Assembly: GCA_963674705.1 (NCBI GenBank)
Contig: OY771506.1
Coordinates: forward strand, 3,296,001 to 3,360,000
Direction: 5' to 3'
Source: Phycisphaeraceae bacterium
GTDB lineage: Bacteria > Planctomycetota > Phycisphaerae > Phycisphaerales > Phycisphaeraceae
Length of the DNA stretch: 64,000 nt
Below are positions 38,197-47,949 of this stretch, piece after piece. Both the position numbers and the translations under genes were made by a program. The stretch's first letter is position 1; every line of letters starts with the position of its first letter. Under the pieces are notes generated by a model. The model worked only from the letters and a program-made list of their open reading frames with translations, was not told the DNA's origin and searched no databases.

Positions 38197-38358
38197 TACT
38201 CCCTCTCCCCTTGAGAGAGGGCGGTGCTATCAATTCTTACTCCCTCTCCCCTTGGGAGAGGGTCGGGGTGAGGGCCAGATTCCTCACGTGCTTGGTGTTA
38301 TTGGGATTACACAATCCACCCGGCCCTCATCCTAACCTTCTCCCGAGGGGAGAAGGGA
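38197..38358. repeat. three copies (one partial plus an inverted doublet) of the CCCTCACCC/GGGAGAGGG REP family
   Basis: ttactccctctccccttg occurs twice in tandem; opposite arm ggccctcatcctaaccttctcccgaggggagaaggg. Confidence 0.8.
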
Positions 38359-38413
38359 CCGGAAGGCATATCCCACGTATGTGGTAAGCCGAGTATGTAC
38401 CGGGGGCCGGGGG

Positions 38414-39058
38414 CTACTCATTAAGCACGACGACGATCTCGACGCGTCGGCTCTTGTCTTTGGTCCCGCGCTGGTGGGCTTCGCCGAAGCCGGCAGCGTA
38501 CATATTTTCCGCTGCGATCCCTTGGCTCTGCAATTGCCTGTGCACAGCGGCGGCACGTTGCAGGCTCAACTCGAGGTTGTCTTTCCACTTGCTCTTGCGG
38601 ATCGGGTCCGTATCGGTGTAACCCTCTACACGGATAGTGTTGCCCGAGTATTCGCTGCGGATGACGCCGGCGATCTGGTTGAGCGTGGTCTTGGCTGAAT
38701 TCTTCAGATCAACCTTGCCCGAATCGAAGAGGATGTCGCCGGGTACACGTACGGTGACGGTCCCGCCGGTGTTGTAGGCCTCGACGCCGGGGATATTGTC
38801 GAACGCGGTGCCGACGCCGGGCTGAGGCTGGGCGGCCATCTGATTGCGCAGGCTTTCCAGCTCCGCGAGCAGGGCGGAATTATCCCCGCCGGCACTGAGC
38901 GCGGCACGGGCGCGGTCCAGTTCCGCCTGCAGTTCCTGGTTCTGGGCCCAGAGCGCATCGCGCTCGGCTTTAAGTCGATTCGTACAGCCGGTGAGGGTGG
39001 TGAACCCTAACACAGCCAGCAAGCACAGCTTCAGCATCCGTGTCCATTTGCCGTTCAT
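38414..39058 (-). CDS. OmpA/MotB-family peptidoglycan-binding lipoprotein with a coiled coil
   Basis: Lipobox LTGC; DILFDSGK..L; VEGYTD.DP; N.ELS..RA..V; AGFGE; RRVEIVV. Confidence 0.9.
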   Translation of the reverse strand: MNGKWTRMLKLCLLAVLGFTTLTGCTNRLKAERDALWAQNQELQAELDRARAALSAGGDNSALLAELESLRNQMAAQPQPGVGTAFDNIPGVEAYNTGGTVTVRVPGDILFDSGKVDLKNSAKTTLNQIAGVIRSEYSGNTIRVEGYTDTDPIRKSKWKDNLELSLQRAAAVHRQLQSQGIAAENMYAAGFGEAHQRGTKDKSRRVEIVVVLNE

Positions 39059-39109
39059 GACGTCCCTTTCGCTCGCGATTGATCCCAGGGATGCGGGTTT
39101 ACGGCCGCA

Positions 39110-40339
39110 TCATGTATTCAGGTATACAAGAAAGAGTTTATCAAAAATCTCTAATAAAGGCCTAATGAACTCCATGATCGGTTCCCGCCAGATCATCACG
39201 ACCACCGCCGCCCCCGCCAGGTAAGGCCCATAGGGGATGGGCTGGAAGTGCTTTTTCAAGACTGAGGCGATGCCGTACATCATGATCGCCGCCGTCAAAC
39301 CGAAGAAAGGAGCAATGAAAAAGACCGGGACCGCCTCGCCCGGGCCCAGCACCGCACCAATCGCCGCCAGCAGGTGGACATCCCCGAGGCCCATGGCTTC
39401 CTTGCCGAACAGCAACGAGCCGAAGATTCGTGTAAACCAGACCAGGGCGGCCCCTATCAGGTAGCCCTCAACCACGCCCCCCAACACCAGTAACCACCAG
39501 GGCCAGCCCATCGGGCCGCGCGGCCCCAGCCATGCACCGAGCAGGAACCCGATGGTCGGGAAAAACACAAACAAGCACTCTTTGAGCACCTCACGACGTG
39601 CGTGCGGGTAGTGGAACCACGGCACTTCTTCCGCGTTTTCATGCTCTTTCAAATGCACTTCGTAAAGCTTGTCGTAATCGGCAAAGCTCAGCGGGATGAC
39701 CTTGAGTTTCAACAGGATCAGCGATACAGCCAACCCCAGCAGCCCAGCCCCGGCCGCCGTCGTGCCAAGCGGCGGCGCGATCGGCATCAGTCCGATGACC
39801 AAAGGCGTTCCTTGGAGCCAAGGCGGTAAAGAAGTCTGCTGCTTCGTGTAAATGAACATGAATACCGCCAAAGGCAGCACAATCAACGCAACCACCGTCA
39901 CCACCCACGGGATGATCGGCGGGATGATCGATAACTTCGCATCGATCACCGTAGAAGCCAGCAGCGCCGCCAGCAGGACCAGGTGCACGATGAATACCGG
40001 CCAGGTCGCCGTAAAACCCTGCACGCCGAACTGCGGCCGGAGCATTGTCTGGTAATAGATGACAAACAGCCCCGCGAACATCAGTGCCGTGATCGCCTCA
40101 ATCAGGGGGTACTGGAAGCTGATCGGCTCCTTGCAGTACCGGCACTTGCCCCGAAGCCAAAGCCAGCCGAACACCGGCACGTTGTCGTGCCACGCCAGAC
40201 AGTGCCCGCACTTCGGGCAGCGTGACCGGGGTTTGACGATGCTCTTGCCCTCGGGCAACCGATAGATCACGACATTCAGGAAGCTGCCGACGCAGCCGCC
40301 GTATGCCGCCAGAAAAATGAGCCAGAACCAATTGGGCAC
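39110..40339 (-). CDS. pilD: type IV prepilin peptidase (A24)
   Basis: GSFLNVVIYRLP; RSRCPKC; GKCRYC; IDA; MGLGDV.L; IPYGPYLA. Confidence 0.9.
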   Translation of the reverse strand: MPNWFWLIFLAAYGGCVGSFLNVVIYRLPEGKSIVKPRSRCPKCGHCLAWHDNVPVFGWLWLRGKCRYCKEPISFQYPLIEAITALMFAGLFVIYYQTMLRPQFGVQGFTATWPVFIVHLVLLAALLASTVIDAKLSIIPPIIPWVVTVVALIVLPLAVFMFIYTKQQTSLPPWLQGTPLVIGLMPIAPPLGTTAAGAGLLGLAVSLILLKLKVIPLSFADYDKLYEVHLKEHENAEEVPWFHYPHARREVLKECLFVFFPTIGFLLGAWLGPRGPMGWPWWLLVLGGVVEGYLIGAALVWFTRIFGSLLFGKEAMGLGDVHLLAAIGAVLGPGEAVPVFFIAPFFGLTAAIMMYGIASVLKKHFQPIPYGPYLAGAAVVVMIWREPIMEFIRPLLEIFDKLFLVYLNT

Positions 40340-40435
40340 AATAAAACCGGGATTGAAGGATCAGGGATCGGGGACTGCCGCTTGCGGCTTAGCGTTCAGC
40401 AAGACCAATGAATAACATCACGGCACGCCGCCGAT

Positions 40436-40705
40436 TTATTCATCGGCATCTTCGTCCACTTCACCTTGGTTTTCACCATCCACCGACAAGCCCCCGTCTG
40501 CATCGGCGGTCAATTCCGCGATCTTCGCCTGCGCCCCGTCCAGAATGGCCCGGCAACGCTTGATCAGGGCCGACCCCTGCTCGTATCGCTTCAGCGATTC
40601 CTCCAGCCCAATTTCGCCGGATTCGATCTGTTCGATAAGCTCTTCAAGCTGCTCAATCGCATCCTCAAAGCCCAGTTTGTCAGTTTTTGCTGTACGTTTG
40701 GTCAT
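40436..40705 (-). CDS. xseB: exodeoxyribonuclease VII small subunit
   Basis: FEDAIEQLE.LI.QIE.G...LEESL..YE.G..L...C...L..A..KI. Confidence 0.95.
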   Translation of the reverse strand: MTKRTAKTDKLGFEDAIEQLEELIEQIESGEIGLEESLKRYEQGSALIKRCRAILDGAQAKIAELTADADGGLSVDGENQGEVDEDADE

Positions 40706-40719
40706 GGTGGTATGGAGGG

Positions 40720-40908
40720 ATCGCTAAATGCTAATCGATAATCGTTAATGTTATTCTCAACGCCGGTTCTGAGCGAAGCGAAGGGCCGGGTATCTTGTGG
40801 GGATTAGGGATTAGGGATTAGGGATTAGGGATCAGATACTATCATTTCCTGCTTTCCTGCTTTCCTGCTTTCCTGCTTTCCTGCTTTTCAGTTTTCCAGC
40901 TTTCTAGC
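40720..40908. repeat. composite repeat element between xseA and xseB: ATCGCTA-like heptamers, 40-bp core, (GGGATTA)4-5, (TTTCCTGC)5+
   Basis: Core 40756-40795; gggatta x4 from 40800; tttcctgc x5 at 40845-40884 decaying into the xseA stop codon. Confidence 0.88.
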
Positions 40909-42232
40909 TTTTCCCGTCCCCAAACAACCCCGGACCCTCCGCGGGCTTTTCACGTTTGCGGCGTTTCGGGGCAGGGAGGCTGGGCCGGTCGGCTTCCGGG
41001 ATTACCCCATCCACCACCGACTCCACCCGTCCGTCAGCCAATACCGTTGTCAGCCGATCGCCTGACTTGGCATCGTCTGCATGCCGCAGCAGCTTGCCGG
41101 CCGGCCCGAGCGTGTAGGAATACCCGCGTTCAAGCACGTTCTGCGGGCCCACCGCGTTGAGCTGGCGGGCCAAGGCGTCCAGCCGGTTTTTTTCACTGAC
41201 AAGTCGCCGTGGCATCGCCGCATTCAGTCTGCGTGAAGTCTCGGTCAATCGCTGAGAAGCGGCGTCCACGAGCCTGCCCGGCTGGCGGAACAGCGTATGC
41301 CTCGACGCGGCCGACAGCCGGTGCTCCGCATGCTCCACACGCCTGCGCAGCGTCAACGCCAGACGATGCCCGATCTGATGCACCTGGTGCTCCAGCGATT
41401 CCCGGTCCGGCACCAGCGTCATCGCGGCCTGCGTCGGCGTCGCACAACGCAGGTCAGCCACCAGCTCCGCGACCGTCGTATCCGTCTCATGTCCGATCGC
41501 CGCTACGATCGGCAGCCGACACTTGTATACCGCATCCGCGACGATCCGCTCGTTGAAAGCCCACAAATCTTCGATCGATCCGCCACCGCGCGTCAGGATG
41601 ATGGCATCGATCCCGAGTTTCTTGCCATGTTTCGATAGTTGATTGAGCGCCTTGGCGATTTCCGGCGCTGCCAGTTCTCCCTGTACGCGCACGTCGTAGA
41701 GATAGAGCTGGCAGCCGCACCAGCGTTGATGGGTTGTGTTGATCACATCCTGCAACGCTGCGGCCGAGCGGGATGTCACCACCGCGATTCGCGTCGGCAT
41801 CGTCGGGATCGTGAGTTTATGTTCAAGCTCGAAGTAGCCGAGTTCACGCAATTCTTCGATCATCTGCCGAAGCCGCAGTTCCAGCGCCCCCTGGCCGACC
41901 GGCTCGATCTTCTCGACGTAAAGCTGCACGCTGCCCTGCGCATCGTAGAAGTCGATCCGGCCCGTACACACGACCTGCATCCCGTCACGCATCGCAAAGC
42001 CGACCCGCCTCGCGTTCGTGGCAAAACACACACAACGCATCGCCGCACCGTCATCCTTCAGGCTGAAAAACCAGTGCGTCCGGTCCGAAAGGTTGCTGAC
42101 CTCCCCAACCACACGCACCTTCCCCGGCAAACCATCCGCCAACGCCCGCTTGATCCGCCCAGCCAACTCTCCAACCGTCATAGGACGATCGCTGGGGGGC
42201 GTGGATTCGGTTTGGAAAGGGAGTCTGGACAT
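40904..42232 (-). CDS. xseA: exodeoxyribonuclease VII large subunit
   Basis: V.GEVSN; H.FFSLKD; VVTS..AAALQD; VQGE.A; RGGGSIEDLWAFN; SAIGHE.D-like motif (AAIGHETD); TPT.AA; LERGYS. Confidence 0.97.
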   Translation of the reverse strand: MSRLPFQTESTPPSDRPMTVGELAGRIKRALADGLPGKVRVVGEVSNLSDRTHWFFSLKDDGAAMRCVCFATNARRVGFAMRDGMQVVCTGRIDFYDAQGSVQLYVEKIEPVGQGALELRLRQMIEELRELGYFELEHKLTIPTMPTRIAVVTSRSAAALQDVINTTHQRWCGCQLYLYDVRVQGELAAPEIAKALNQLSKHGKKLGIDAIILTRGGGSIEDLWAFNERIVADAVYKCRLPIVAAIGHETDTTVAELVADLRCATPTQAAMTLVPDRESLEHQVHQIGHRLALTLRRRVEHAEHRLSAASRHTLFRQPGRLVDAASQRLTETSRRLNAAMPRRLVSEKNRLDALARQLNAVGPQNVLERGYSYTLGPAGKLLRHADDAKSGDRLTTVLADGRVESVVDGVIPEADRPSLPAPKRRKREKPAEGPGLFGDGKS

Positions 42233-42267
42233 GTATGCATACTATCCGGTTGGGACGGTCTAGGGGC

Positions 42268-42390
42268 AATGTCGAATGACGAATGCGCGAATGACGAAAG
42301 AATGACAAATGTTCAAATACCAAATGACCAAACTCGTCATTCGTCATTTGAACATTGATTCGTCATTCGTGGATTCGTCATTCGTGCATT
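42268..42390. repeat. heptamer-built hairpin (AATGACG / CGTCATT family) overlapping the 3' end of the aminotransferase gene
   Basis: gaatgacgaatgcgcgaatgacgaaagaatgac ... cgtcattcgtcatt ... ttcgtcattcgtggattcgtcattcgtgcatt. Confidence 0.85.
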
Positions 42391-43277
42391 GCGCACTCTT
42401 TCTCGATCAGTTCCAACAATTCACCCCGTAGCCGCTTCGTCAGTTCACCCGCAACGCCGGCTCCCACTACCGACTTCTCCACCTTCGTCACCGGCAGCAC
42501 CTGCCAGCTTGAATTGGTTAGGAAGACTTCGTCCGCATCGAGCAGGTCGTCGATACCGAGCATCTGCTTCTTGATGGTTACGCCCAGTCCCTCGGCGATC
42601 TCGATCACGGCTGCGCGGGTGATGCCCGGCAGGACCGGGGCGGGCAGGGAATTCTCCACTTCTTCGTCCCGTGCGATCGGCGTCAGCAGTTGGCCGTCCT
42701 TGACCAGGAAGATGTTACTGATGCACCCGCTGGCAAGGTGGTTGGACACGTTCAGCCAGATCGCCTCACCGGCCCCGGCCGTCGCTGCCTGACGCAATGT
42801 CCGCAGCCGCGCCCAGTACGCCAGCGTCTTGTGGCCGGCTAAGGCGTCAAACGGATTCGCGCCTGGTTGAGCGACCAGCACCGTGATCCCTTCCTCGAAG
42901 TAGCGGGGGTCGTACACCGTTGCCTCGGTCGGCTGGATCAGCACCGTGCCGGGGGCGTCGTCGGGTTTGCCCGATGTGGCCAATAGCGACAGGCTGCCGG
43001 GGGTGATGGTCAGGCGGATGCGTGCCCGGTCGATCTGGTTGTGCTCGATCGTCAGACGGACCGCCTCAGCGAGGGCGGTGGCGTTCAGATCGCGTGTCAA
43101 GCCCAGTGAGCGGGCGGAGATGCACAGCCGTTCCAGGTGCTGCTGAAGGCGGAAAACCTGCCCGTTCTGGGCGTGCATGGTTTCGAAAAGCCCCACAGCG
43201 TGCTGGAAACCGGCATCGTCAGCCGCGATCCGGGCTTGGTCGGGGGGGAGTATTTGGCCGTTGAGGAAAATGTTCAT
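42378..43277 (-). CDS. class IV PLP-dependent aminotransferase (IlvE/PabC/Dat-like)
   Basis: GLFET; FRL..HL.RL..SA; HKTLAY; SNIFLV; LPGITR; ADEVFLTNS. Confidence 0.92.
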   Translation of the reverse strand: MNIFLNGQILPPDQARIAADDAGFQHAVGLFETMHAQNGQVFRLQQHLERLCISARSLGLTRDLNATALAEAVRLTIEHNQIDRARIRLTITPGSLSLLATSGKPDDAPGTVLIQPTEATVYDPRYFEEGITVLVAQPGANPFDALAGHKTLAYWARLRTLRQAATAGAGEAIWLNVSNHLASGCISNIFLVKDGQLLTPIARDEEVENSLPAPVLPGITRAAVIEIAEGLGVTIKKQMLGIDDLLDADEVFLTNSSWQVLPVTKVEKSVVGAGVAGELTKRLRGELLELIEKECAMHE

Positions 43278-43278
43278 G

Positions 43279-43428
43279 AGGGTTCAGGGTACAGGGTTCT
43301 GGGTTCGGTGGGGGAGTACGGTCTTGTTTGCCCGTGGGGGGTGTGAGTCGTATACTACATGGCTCGACCAAGGGTTCCAGTTATGGTCGAGGACAGGCCC
43401 CGAACCCCGAACCCCGAACCCCGAACCC
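43279..43428. repeat. inverted heptamer arms (GGGTTCA-like / CCCGAAC x4) enclosing the divergent promoter region
   Basis: agggttcagggtacagggttctgggttcgg (43279-43308) and ccccgaa x4 (43398-43428). Confidence 0.8.
43328..43356 (+). promoter_or_regulatory. putative sigma70 promoter for the L31 gene
   Basis: TTGCCC, 17 nt, TATACT. Confidence 0.6.
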
Positions 43429-43438
43429 AAGCATAGCC

Positions 43439-43705
43439 ATGAAAAAAGATATCCACCCCGAATACCGACCGGTTGTCTTTCAGGACGTCTCGGCTGACTT
43501 CGCTTTCCTGACACGTTCCACAGCCAAGGGCCACGGCACGATCAAGTGGGAAGACGGCAAAGAGTATCCCTTAATCAAGGTCGATATCTCCAGCCACAGC
43601 CACCCGTTCTTCACCGGCAAGCAGAAGTTCGTCGATACCGCCGGCCGCGTCGAGAAGTTCCAGAAGAAGTTCGCCGGCTCGTACTTCGGCAAGAAGAAGA
43701 GCTAG
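43439..43705 (+). CDS. rpmE2: 50S ribosomal protein L31 type B (no Zn ribbon)
   Basis: [16 protein letters not shown]...[31 protein letters not shown]; no Cys. Confidence 0.95.
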   Translation: MKKDIHPEYRPVVFQDVSADFAFLTRSTAKGHGTIKWEDGKEYPLIKVDISSHSHPFFTGKQKFVDTAGRVEKFQKKFAGSYFGKKKS

Positions 43706-43717
43706 ATACCGTACAAA

Positions 43718-43754
43718 CGAAAACCGCAGTGTTTTTCCGCACTGCGGTTTTTCG
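43718..43754 (+). terminator. intrinsic terminator after L31 (possibly bidirectional)
   Basis: cgaaaaccgcagtg-loop-cactgcggtttttcg. Confidence 0.75.
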
Positions 43755-43768
43755 TGCGCGGAGATAAC

Positions 43769-43847
43769 TGTAAAGCCGCGACCATCGGTCGCGCTCCCTA
43801 AAACTCCCCAACCAACCAGACGCGCGACCACTGGTCGCGGCTATACA
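43769..43847. repeat. REP doublet, TGTAAAGCCGCGACC..GGTCGCG family
   Basis: tgtaaagccgcgaccatcggtcgcgct ... cgcgcgaccactggtcgcggctataca. Confidence 0.82.
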
Positions 43848-43851
43848 AAAG

Positions 43852-44922
43852 ATGTCCAACCTGACCGGGAAACTCGATGAGCTTGCCACCCAGTTCGATG
43901 AGCTGGAAGCTCAATTGCAGGACCCGGCGGTCATCTCGAACCACGAGAAAGTGCGCACGCTCAGCGTCAAACGCTCTGCAATTGCCGGCATCGTCGAACG
44001 CTATCGGCAGTGGCAGTCGCTTACGCAGCAGGCGGATGAGCATCAGCAGATCATTTCTGAAAACGAAGATGCCGAACTGGTCGAACTCGCCAAGGCTGAG
44101 TTGCCCGAGCTGCAATCTCAAGCTGAAAAGCTATTGGAAGAGGTCTCCAACGAACTGGTCACCGCGGACGATCAGGCGGTGGGTTCGGTCATCATGGAAG
44201 TGCGTGCCGGGACCGGCGGCGATGAAGCGGCGCTCTGGGCGGGCGATCTGATCGAGATGTACCAGGCGTTTGCCCGCCAGCGACGGTGGAAGTTCGAGCC
44301 CTTGGAATTCACGCCGGGCGATCAGGGCGGCGTGCGTAGCGCGGTCATTGCATTAAAGGGCGATGCGGTCTGGCAGGGCTTGGGTTACGAGGGCGGCGTC
44401 CACTGCGTGAAGCGCGTGCCCGCCACCGAAACGCAAGGGCGTGTGCACACCAGCACAGCTACGGTAGCGGTCCTGCCTGAGCCGGAAGAGGTCGAGGTCA
44501 ATATCCCCGATAGCGACATCGACATCCACGTCACCACCGCGCAGGGCCCCGGCGGTCAGAACGTGAACAAGGTCGCCACCGCGGTTCACATGGTTCACAA
44601 GCCCACCGGCATCGAGGTGCGGATGCAGGAATCCAAGAGCCAGCACCAGAACCGCGAGAAGGCGATGCAATTGCTGCGTGCCCGCGTGTATGAACGCATG
44701 CAGGCTGAGAAAGATGCTGAATATGCCGAGACGCGCAGCAAGATGATCGGCACCGGCGGGCGATCCGAGCGCGTCCGTACCTACCGCTGGAAAGACAACA
44801 TCGTGGTCGATCACCGCCTGGGCCGATCCTTCAACCTCCAGACGGTCCTGGCCGGCGAAATGTCCGAACTCATCGACGCCCTGATCGCCGAAGACCGCGC
44901 ACAGCGGCTGGCGGCGCTCTGA
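43852..44922 (+). CDS. prfA: peptide chain release factor 1
   Basis: EVRAGTGGDEAAL; RVPATE (PxT motif); GRVHTSTATVAVLPE; GPGGQNVNK; RTY; follows L31. Confidence 0.95.
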   Translation: MSNLTGKLDELATQFDELEAQLQDPAVISNHEKVRTLSVKRSAIAGIVERYRQWQSLTQQADEHQQIISENEDAELVELAKAELPELQSQAEKLLEEVSNELVTADDQAVGSVIMEVRAGTGGDEAALWAGDLIEMYQAFARQRRWKFEPLEFTPGDQGGVRSAVIALKGDAVWQGLGYEGGVHCVKRVPATETQGRVHTSTATVAVLPEPEEVEVNIPDSDIDIHVTTAQGPGGQNVNKVATAVHMVHKPTGIEVRMQESKSQHQNREKAMQLLRARVYERMQAEKDAEYAETRSKMIGTGGRSERVRTYRWKDNIVVDHRLGRSFNLQTVLAGEMSELIDALIAEDRAQRLAAL

Positions 44923-44995
44923 ATCTCGTTTCCTGGTCTCTAAACAGCCCCCCAATGCTCACCTGATCTACCCCCAACAGCCGATAACTCACAAT

Positions 44996-47749
44996 GTGAG
45001 TAGTCACCGGTTGTATTTCCACGCGCGTTTCGGGCTGATCCTGGTCCTGATGTTGCTATGCGCTACCGAAACCGTCTGGGCCCAGTCATCGATCATCCGC
45101 CCACGTCGGCTGGTCAAGCTCTTCGACTTCGAGGAGCCGGACAACTACGAATCCCTGCCCAAGAACTGGTTCATCATCGGCAGGCCCGCCGAGACGACCG
45201 ACAACACCTTCTTCCGCGAGCCGCTGCACCACGAACTGATGGAGCGACCGGGCTATCCGTCATTTACCGAGGTGCGTTTTGATCAGACCCATGCCACGTC
45301 GGGGCAGCGCTGTCTCTACCTCGGGCTCAACGGCGGCAGCGCCGGGGCGTTCCTGGAAGTGGGCACCATCCCCTCCGTCCCGCAGAGTGATTACCTGGTG
45401 ACCGCCGCGGTCCGCACCGAAGATTTGAAGCATGCCTCGGCCTACCTCACAGTGTACTTCGTCGACCGACAGGGCCAGCGCATCGAAGCCAGCGTCACCC
45501 AGAGCCAGCCGATCCGCACGTGGGGCGAATGGACACAGGTTGCCCTGAAGCTGCGAGGCGATATTGAAGGGGCGGTATGGATCGGCATGGAAGCCGAACT
45601 GCGTCAGCCCAAACGCGACCCGGACGACCCACTGGGTGCTCAACGCATCCTGCTCAAGGATATCGAAGGCAAAGTCTGGTTCGACGATATCTCCATCTGG
45701 CAGCTTCCCCGCATCGAAGTTGCTACGCAGAGCAAGGTCAACCTGATACGCGACCCGCAAAAACCCGAACTTGCCATCAGTGTCCGTGACCTGACCGGGC
45801 AGAACCTCTACGTTCAGGTCGTGGCATACGACTATCAACTCAAACCCGCCGCGGTCGATCGCCGTAAACTCGGTGTCGGTGCGCCGAGGTTCTGGACCTG
45901 GCAGCCGGACCTGCCCGGCTACGGCTGGTACCTCGTGGACATGCAGGTGCGTGATGAAAACGCTGCGGCATCCAGCATGCAAACACCTATCGCGCGCACG
46001 TTCGGCGCTTTTGTCTGGCTGCCGCCGAACGATGCGCTGAACCCGGTGGACGCCCAGCGATTCAAGCTGATTGCTTCGGACCTGTCTGACGAGCAGATGA
46101 ACTTTCTGCCGCAATTGCTGGAAGGCTCCGGCATACGCTCGACGGTGCTCAGTGTCTGGGAGCGGTCCACAACATTATCCGGCGTAGAAAAACGAAAAGA
46201 CCGCCTCGATGAGATGATGCAGTGGCTGTATCTGAGCGGGCGCAGTGCTGCGTTATCGCTTGATCCCGTGCCCAGGTCACTTGCCGATGCGGTCAATATG
46301 CCGTCGGTCGATCCGCTTTCCCTGCTTGGCACGGACCGATCGCAGTGGCTTGCTTATCTCACACCCACCTTGCTCAGCCATGGCCAGCGCATCCATCGCT
46401 GGTGTCTCGGTTCGCCCGATCAGGCATATGCCTTTTACGATCAGGACCTGCCTGAGATGCTCGACGAAGTTTACGTTCAGTTCTCAACGCTCGCGCCCTC
46501 GCCGGAACTGGTCATCCCATGGCGTGCGGACCAGGCCCGACGAAGCGATATGCCCGAATCGACGTACTACCTGATGGACGTCCCTCCGAGCATCGTTGCC
46601 GAAGAGTTGCCCACCCATTTAGAGCAGTGGCGCGACATCAAGGACCGATTGACATTGCACCTGCGCGAGCCGCCTGCCAACCATGTATCGCACGCACGCC
46701 GGGTCACCGATATGGCCATCCGGATGATGATGGCATGGGAATATCAACCCGAAACCATCGCGGTATCCAGACTCTGGACGCAAGCCGCTCAGCGCGAAAC
46801 CGCCATCGTGCCGGACCCGCTGCTGGGGGTCTTTGCGAATATGGCCCACGAATTATCCGGCCGACGTGTCATCGGCAAACTCGAACTGGGCGGCGGCCTG
46901 GAAGTACGCATCCTCGACGGCCCGGCCGGCCCCGCACTCGTCACCTGGGCGCAGCAGCCCGGTTCGCCCGAAAGCATCTTGAATCTTTACATGGGGCAAA
47001 ACCCGGTTGCCAAGGATGTCTGGGGCAACCAGTCGCCGATCCCCTTAATCAATGGCAAGCACCAGTTTCAGGTTCCCGAGACGCCGGTCTTTATCACCGG
47101 CATTGATGCCGATCTTGCCATGTTCCGCGCCGGTTTTACGATCGACGAGCCGTTCATCGATTCAACCCGAAGCCTGCACGATCGTGTCTTCACACTCACC
47201 AATCCCTGGTCAAAAACCATCAGCGGATACATGCGTATCACCGGCCCGCAAGGTTGGGAGTCCAGACCGACCCGTCATTACTTCTCGATACCCGCCGGGC
47301 GCAGCATGACCCTGCCCACCGCTTTGACGTTCCCCGTATCCGAAGTCGCCGGGCATCATACGATCACCGCACGCTTCGAATTCAACGCCGACGAACCGAT
47401 GGAGATCGACATGTCATTGCCGGTTGAAGTCGGCTTGAAGGATGTGCGTTTCAACGGCACGGTTGCGCTCAATCCGGGCGAAGAACCGGGTACCGAAGAC
47501 GCGACCGCCTCGGCTGTCGTCACCAATACCGGAAGCCAGAAGCTGTCGCTTTACGTCTTCGCCAATCTGCCCGGCCACCCGATCCAGGAACGCATCGTCG
47601 CCGAACTCGATCCGGGTGAATCCGCCGTACGCCACTTCCGTTTCCCCGGCGCAGGCCAGGCCCTGCGCGATAACGCCATGCGATTAGGCGTCCGCGAAGT
47701 CGACGGCCCAAGAATGCTCAACCAACGTTTCACGATCAGCGAAGAGTAA
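44996..47749 (+). CDS. large secreted hypothetical protein (N-terminal carbohydrate-binding-like domain, C-terminal Ig/NEW3-like domains)
   Basis: Signal peptide ending VWA-Q; FDFEE...VWFDDISIWQ jelly-roll-like boundaries; TLTNP...ISG...ITGPQGW. Confidence 0.6.
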   Translation: MSSHRLYFHARFGLILVLMLLCATETVWAQSSIIRPRRLVKLFDFEEPDNYESLPKNWFIIGRPAETTDNTFFREPLHHELMERPGYPSFTEVRFDQTHATSGQRCLYLGLNGGSAGAFLEVGTIPSVPQSDYLVTAAVRTEDLKHASAYLTVYFVDRQGQRIEASVTQSQPIRTWGEWTQVALKLRGDIEGAVWIGMEAELRQPKRDPDDPLGAQRILLKDIEGKVWFDDISIWQLPRIEVATQSKVNLIRDPQKPELAISVRDLTGQNLYVQVVAYDYQLKPAAVDRRKLGVGAPRFWTWQPDLPGYGWYLVDMQVRDENAAASSMQTPIARTFGAFVWLPPNDALNPVDAQRFKLIASDLSDEQMNFLPQLLEGSGIRSTVLSVWERSTTLSGVEKRKDRLDEMMQWLYLSGRSAALSLDPVPRSLADAVNMPSVDPLSLLGTDRSQWLAYLTPTLLSHGQRIHRWCLGSPDQAYAFYDQDLPEMLDEVYVQFSTLAPSPELVIPWRADQARRSDMPESTYYLMDVPPSIVAEELPTHLEQWRDIKDRLTLHLREPPANHVSHARRVTDMAIRMMMAWEYQPETIAVSRLWTQAAQRETAIVPDPLLGVFANMAHELSGRRVIGKLELGGGLEVRILDGPAGPALVTWAQQPGSPESILNLYMGQNPVAKDVWGNQSPIPLINGKHQFQVPETPVFITGIDADLAMFRAGFTIDEPFIDSTRSLHDRVFTLTNPWSKTISGYMRITGPQGWESRPTRHYFSIPAGRSMTLPTALTFPVSEVAGHHTITARFEFNADEPMEIDMSLPVEVGLKDVRFNGTVALNPGEEPGTEDATASAVVTNTGSQKLSLYVFANLPGHPIQERIVAELDPGESAVRHFRFPGAGQALRDNAMRLGVREVDGPRMLNQRFTISEE

Positions 47750-47761
47750 GTCGCATATCTT

Positions 47762-47809
47762 TACCCCATCTCCCTCCGGGAGAGGGCCGGGGTGAGGGCC
47801 GGATTGATT
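47762..47809. repeat. CCCTCACCC/GGGAGAGGG REP copy
   Basis: ctccctccgggagagggccggggtgagggccggattgatta. Confidence 0.85.
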
Positions 47810-47862
47810 ATGCGTCATGTTTGTAATTGATTGCACGATCAATTCGGTCTTCACAATTCACA

Positions 47863-47908
47863 CAAAAAAACAACGCCGAACCCTGACTGCGGTGCGGGTC
47901 CGGCGTTG
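47863..47908 (-). terminator. intrinsic terminator downstream of the tiny PEP-CTERM gene
   Basis: Minus strand caacgccggaccc-loop-gggttcggcgttg followed by T7. Confidence 0.7.
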
Positions 47909-47949
47909 GCCGTGTTGTTTACAGTGTGTGAGTTTCTTTCGTATGCAGT

